From a virus (lineage: Duplodnaviria > Caudoviricetes): a DNA stretch of 37,026 bases. The notes under the pieces are model-generated. The model had not been told where the DNA came from, did no database searches, and worked only from the letters and a program-made list of their open reading frames with translations. The stretch is from positions 1 through 37,026 of the IMG/VR virus record IMGVR_UViG_3300031974_001192. The stretch is one strand, 5' to 3'. Position 1 is the stretch's first letter. Each line of letters opens with the position of its first letter. Both the position numbers and the translations under genes were made by a program. Below are positions 36,334-37,026 of this stretch, one piece after another.

Positions 36334-36465
36334 TCATCCATCGCATCCAAAAGGACATTTCCCATGACCGGGCTTCGGGCAACTCACACCAGGAATATGT
36401 TCGGGGTGCGGGTCTTTTGCACAACCGCTAATGAGTAATGCTATCAGTAGTATCACTTTCCTCAT
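36334..36465 (-). CDS. 43-aa lipoprotein (MRKVILLIALLISG/CAKDPHPEHIPGVSCPKPGHGKCPFGCDG)
   Basis: Not in ORF track; GAGGG RBS; basic n-region, hydrophobic h-region, lipobox ISG-C. Confidence 0.7.
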   Translation of the reverse strand: MRKVILLIALLISGCAKDPHPEHIPGVSCPKPGHGKCPFGCDG

Positions 36466-36625
36466 ACCATTCACCCTCATTTAAATGCTCATCCAATAAC
36501 CTTGGATGGAACCCTATAGCCACCAACGCACCCTTGAATACCTCGATGTAATCATGCACCTGTATGTATCCCTTGCGCTCAATCGTGACGGTCTGCTTAT
36601 CGTCTGTCTCTATTGTAATTCTCAT
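36428..36625 (-). CDS. Hypothetical protein (start revised to MRITIE)
   Basis: M.ITIE...F.GAL.A.GFHP pattern common in phage small ORFs. Confidence 0.65.
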   Translation of the reverse strand: MRITIETDDKQTVTIERKGYIQVHDYIEVFKGALVAIGFHPRLLDEHLNEGEWYEESDTTDSITH

Positions 36626-36634
36626 ACTAAATGC

Positions 36635-36714
36635 AGAGCAATCCTTCCCCGCCGAGTGTCGCGGAGGTATCCTTGTTTTCCTAGCGCCGTTAAGCCCACA
36701 GGAAGGACTGCTCT
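36635..36714 (-). ncRNA. Candidate structured cis-regulatory RNA
   Basis: 14-bp closing stem AGAGCAGUCCUUCC/GGAAGGAUUGCUCU with internal hairpin CCGC-gacacucg-GCGG. Confidence 0.35.
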
Positions 36715-36719
36715 TAAAT

Positions 36720-36890
36720 TCATTTAACTTTCTTCCTAGCACCCGGTAAACTTGAACGCTTTGGCGCTATGGTGCTAAACACAGGCGTGCGATGCCCCTG
36801 TGGATTTGTCTGATACTCTTTAAAATAAAGAGGCTGTTTTAATTTCTTTTGCATTTTGATATGTTTCATTTCTGTTAAAGTCTTTGCCAT
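36720..36890 (-). CDS. Hypothetical basic protein (MAKTLTEMKHIK...)
   Basis: GGAG RBS; overlaps the end of the MTase gene. Confidence 0.45.
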   Translation of the reverse strand: MAKTLTEMKHIKMQKKLKQPLYFKEYQTNPQGHRTPVFSTIAPKRSSLPGARKKVK

Positions 36891-37026
36891 AAAGTTCTCC
36901 ACGCTATTTCTGCGGTTTGTGGGACGACTCCATTCCCCAGGAGCCTAAGTCTGTCCACCCGATGGGTAAGCCCATCAACTGCTCCACCCAATTCGGATTG
37001 AGCTTCGGTGACCCGTGGTTCTTCCC
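36875..37026 (-). CDS. dcm: C5 methyltransferase alpha chain, 3' part
   Basis: ...GAVDGLTHRVDRLRLLGNGVVPQTAEIAWRTLWQRL* (motif X), in frame with 1..793. Confidence 0.9.
   Translation of the reverse strand, partial: EEPRVTEAQSELGGAVDGLTHRVDRLRLLGNGVVPQTAEIAWRTLWQRL
36904..37026 (-). CDS. Putative MTase beta chain, 3' part
   Basis: ...PKLNPNWVEQLMGLPIGWTDLGSWGMESSHKPQK*, in frame with 1..795. Confidence 0.72.
   Translation of the reverse strand, partial: GKNHGSPKLNPNWVEQLMGLPIGWTDLGSWGMESSHKPQK
36976..37026 (+). repeat. Terminal direct repeat copy 2
   Basis: Identical to 1-51. Confidence 0.95.

Overview
This window is an apparently complete, circularly assembled temperate tailed-phage genome of about 36,975 bp (bases 1-51 are repeated exactly at 36976-37026). 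Its virion module is podovirus-like: TerL, portal, scaffold, SU10/DUF5309-type capsid, tail tubular A/B, LamG fibre and three large ejection proteins, with no tape measure or sheath. It also carries a tyrosine integrase next to an attP that is the 3' half of tRNA-Lys(CTT), a recombination/replication block (SSB, DnaA-domain-IV protein, RecE-like exonuclease fused to an HTH, RuvC-like resolvase, RHH-containing initiator, DnaB), and an AT-rich cluster of small early ORFs. The most striking feature is absent from the ORF track because it crosses the contig junction: a C5-cytosine methyltransferase gene (297 aa) lacking motif IX is overlapped almost end to end by a second 288-aa ORF in another frame that supplies a motif-IX-like segment, i.e. 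a probable dual-coded heterodimeric MTase. Other notable signals are 10-bp-phased TGTAG repeats in many intergenic regions, twin TTGCCA-N17-TACATT promoters, a radical SAM gene abutting terL, a tiny Cys/His/Pro-rich lipoprotein, a candidate structured RNA, and no recognisable endolysin. Product calls rest on motif recognition and gene order only; no database searches were run.
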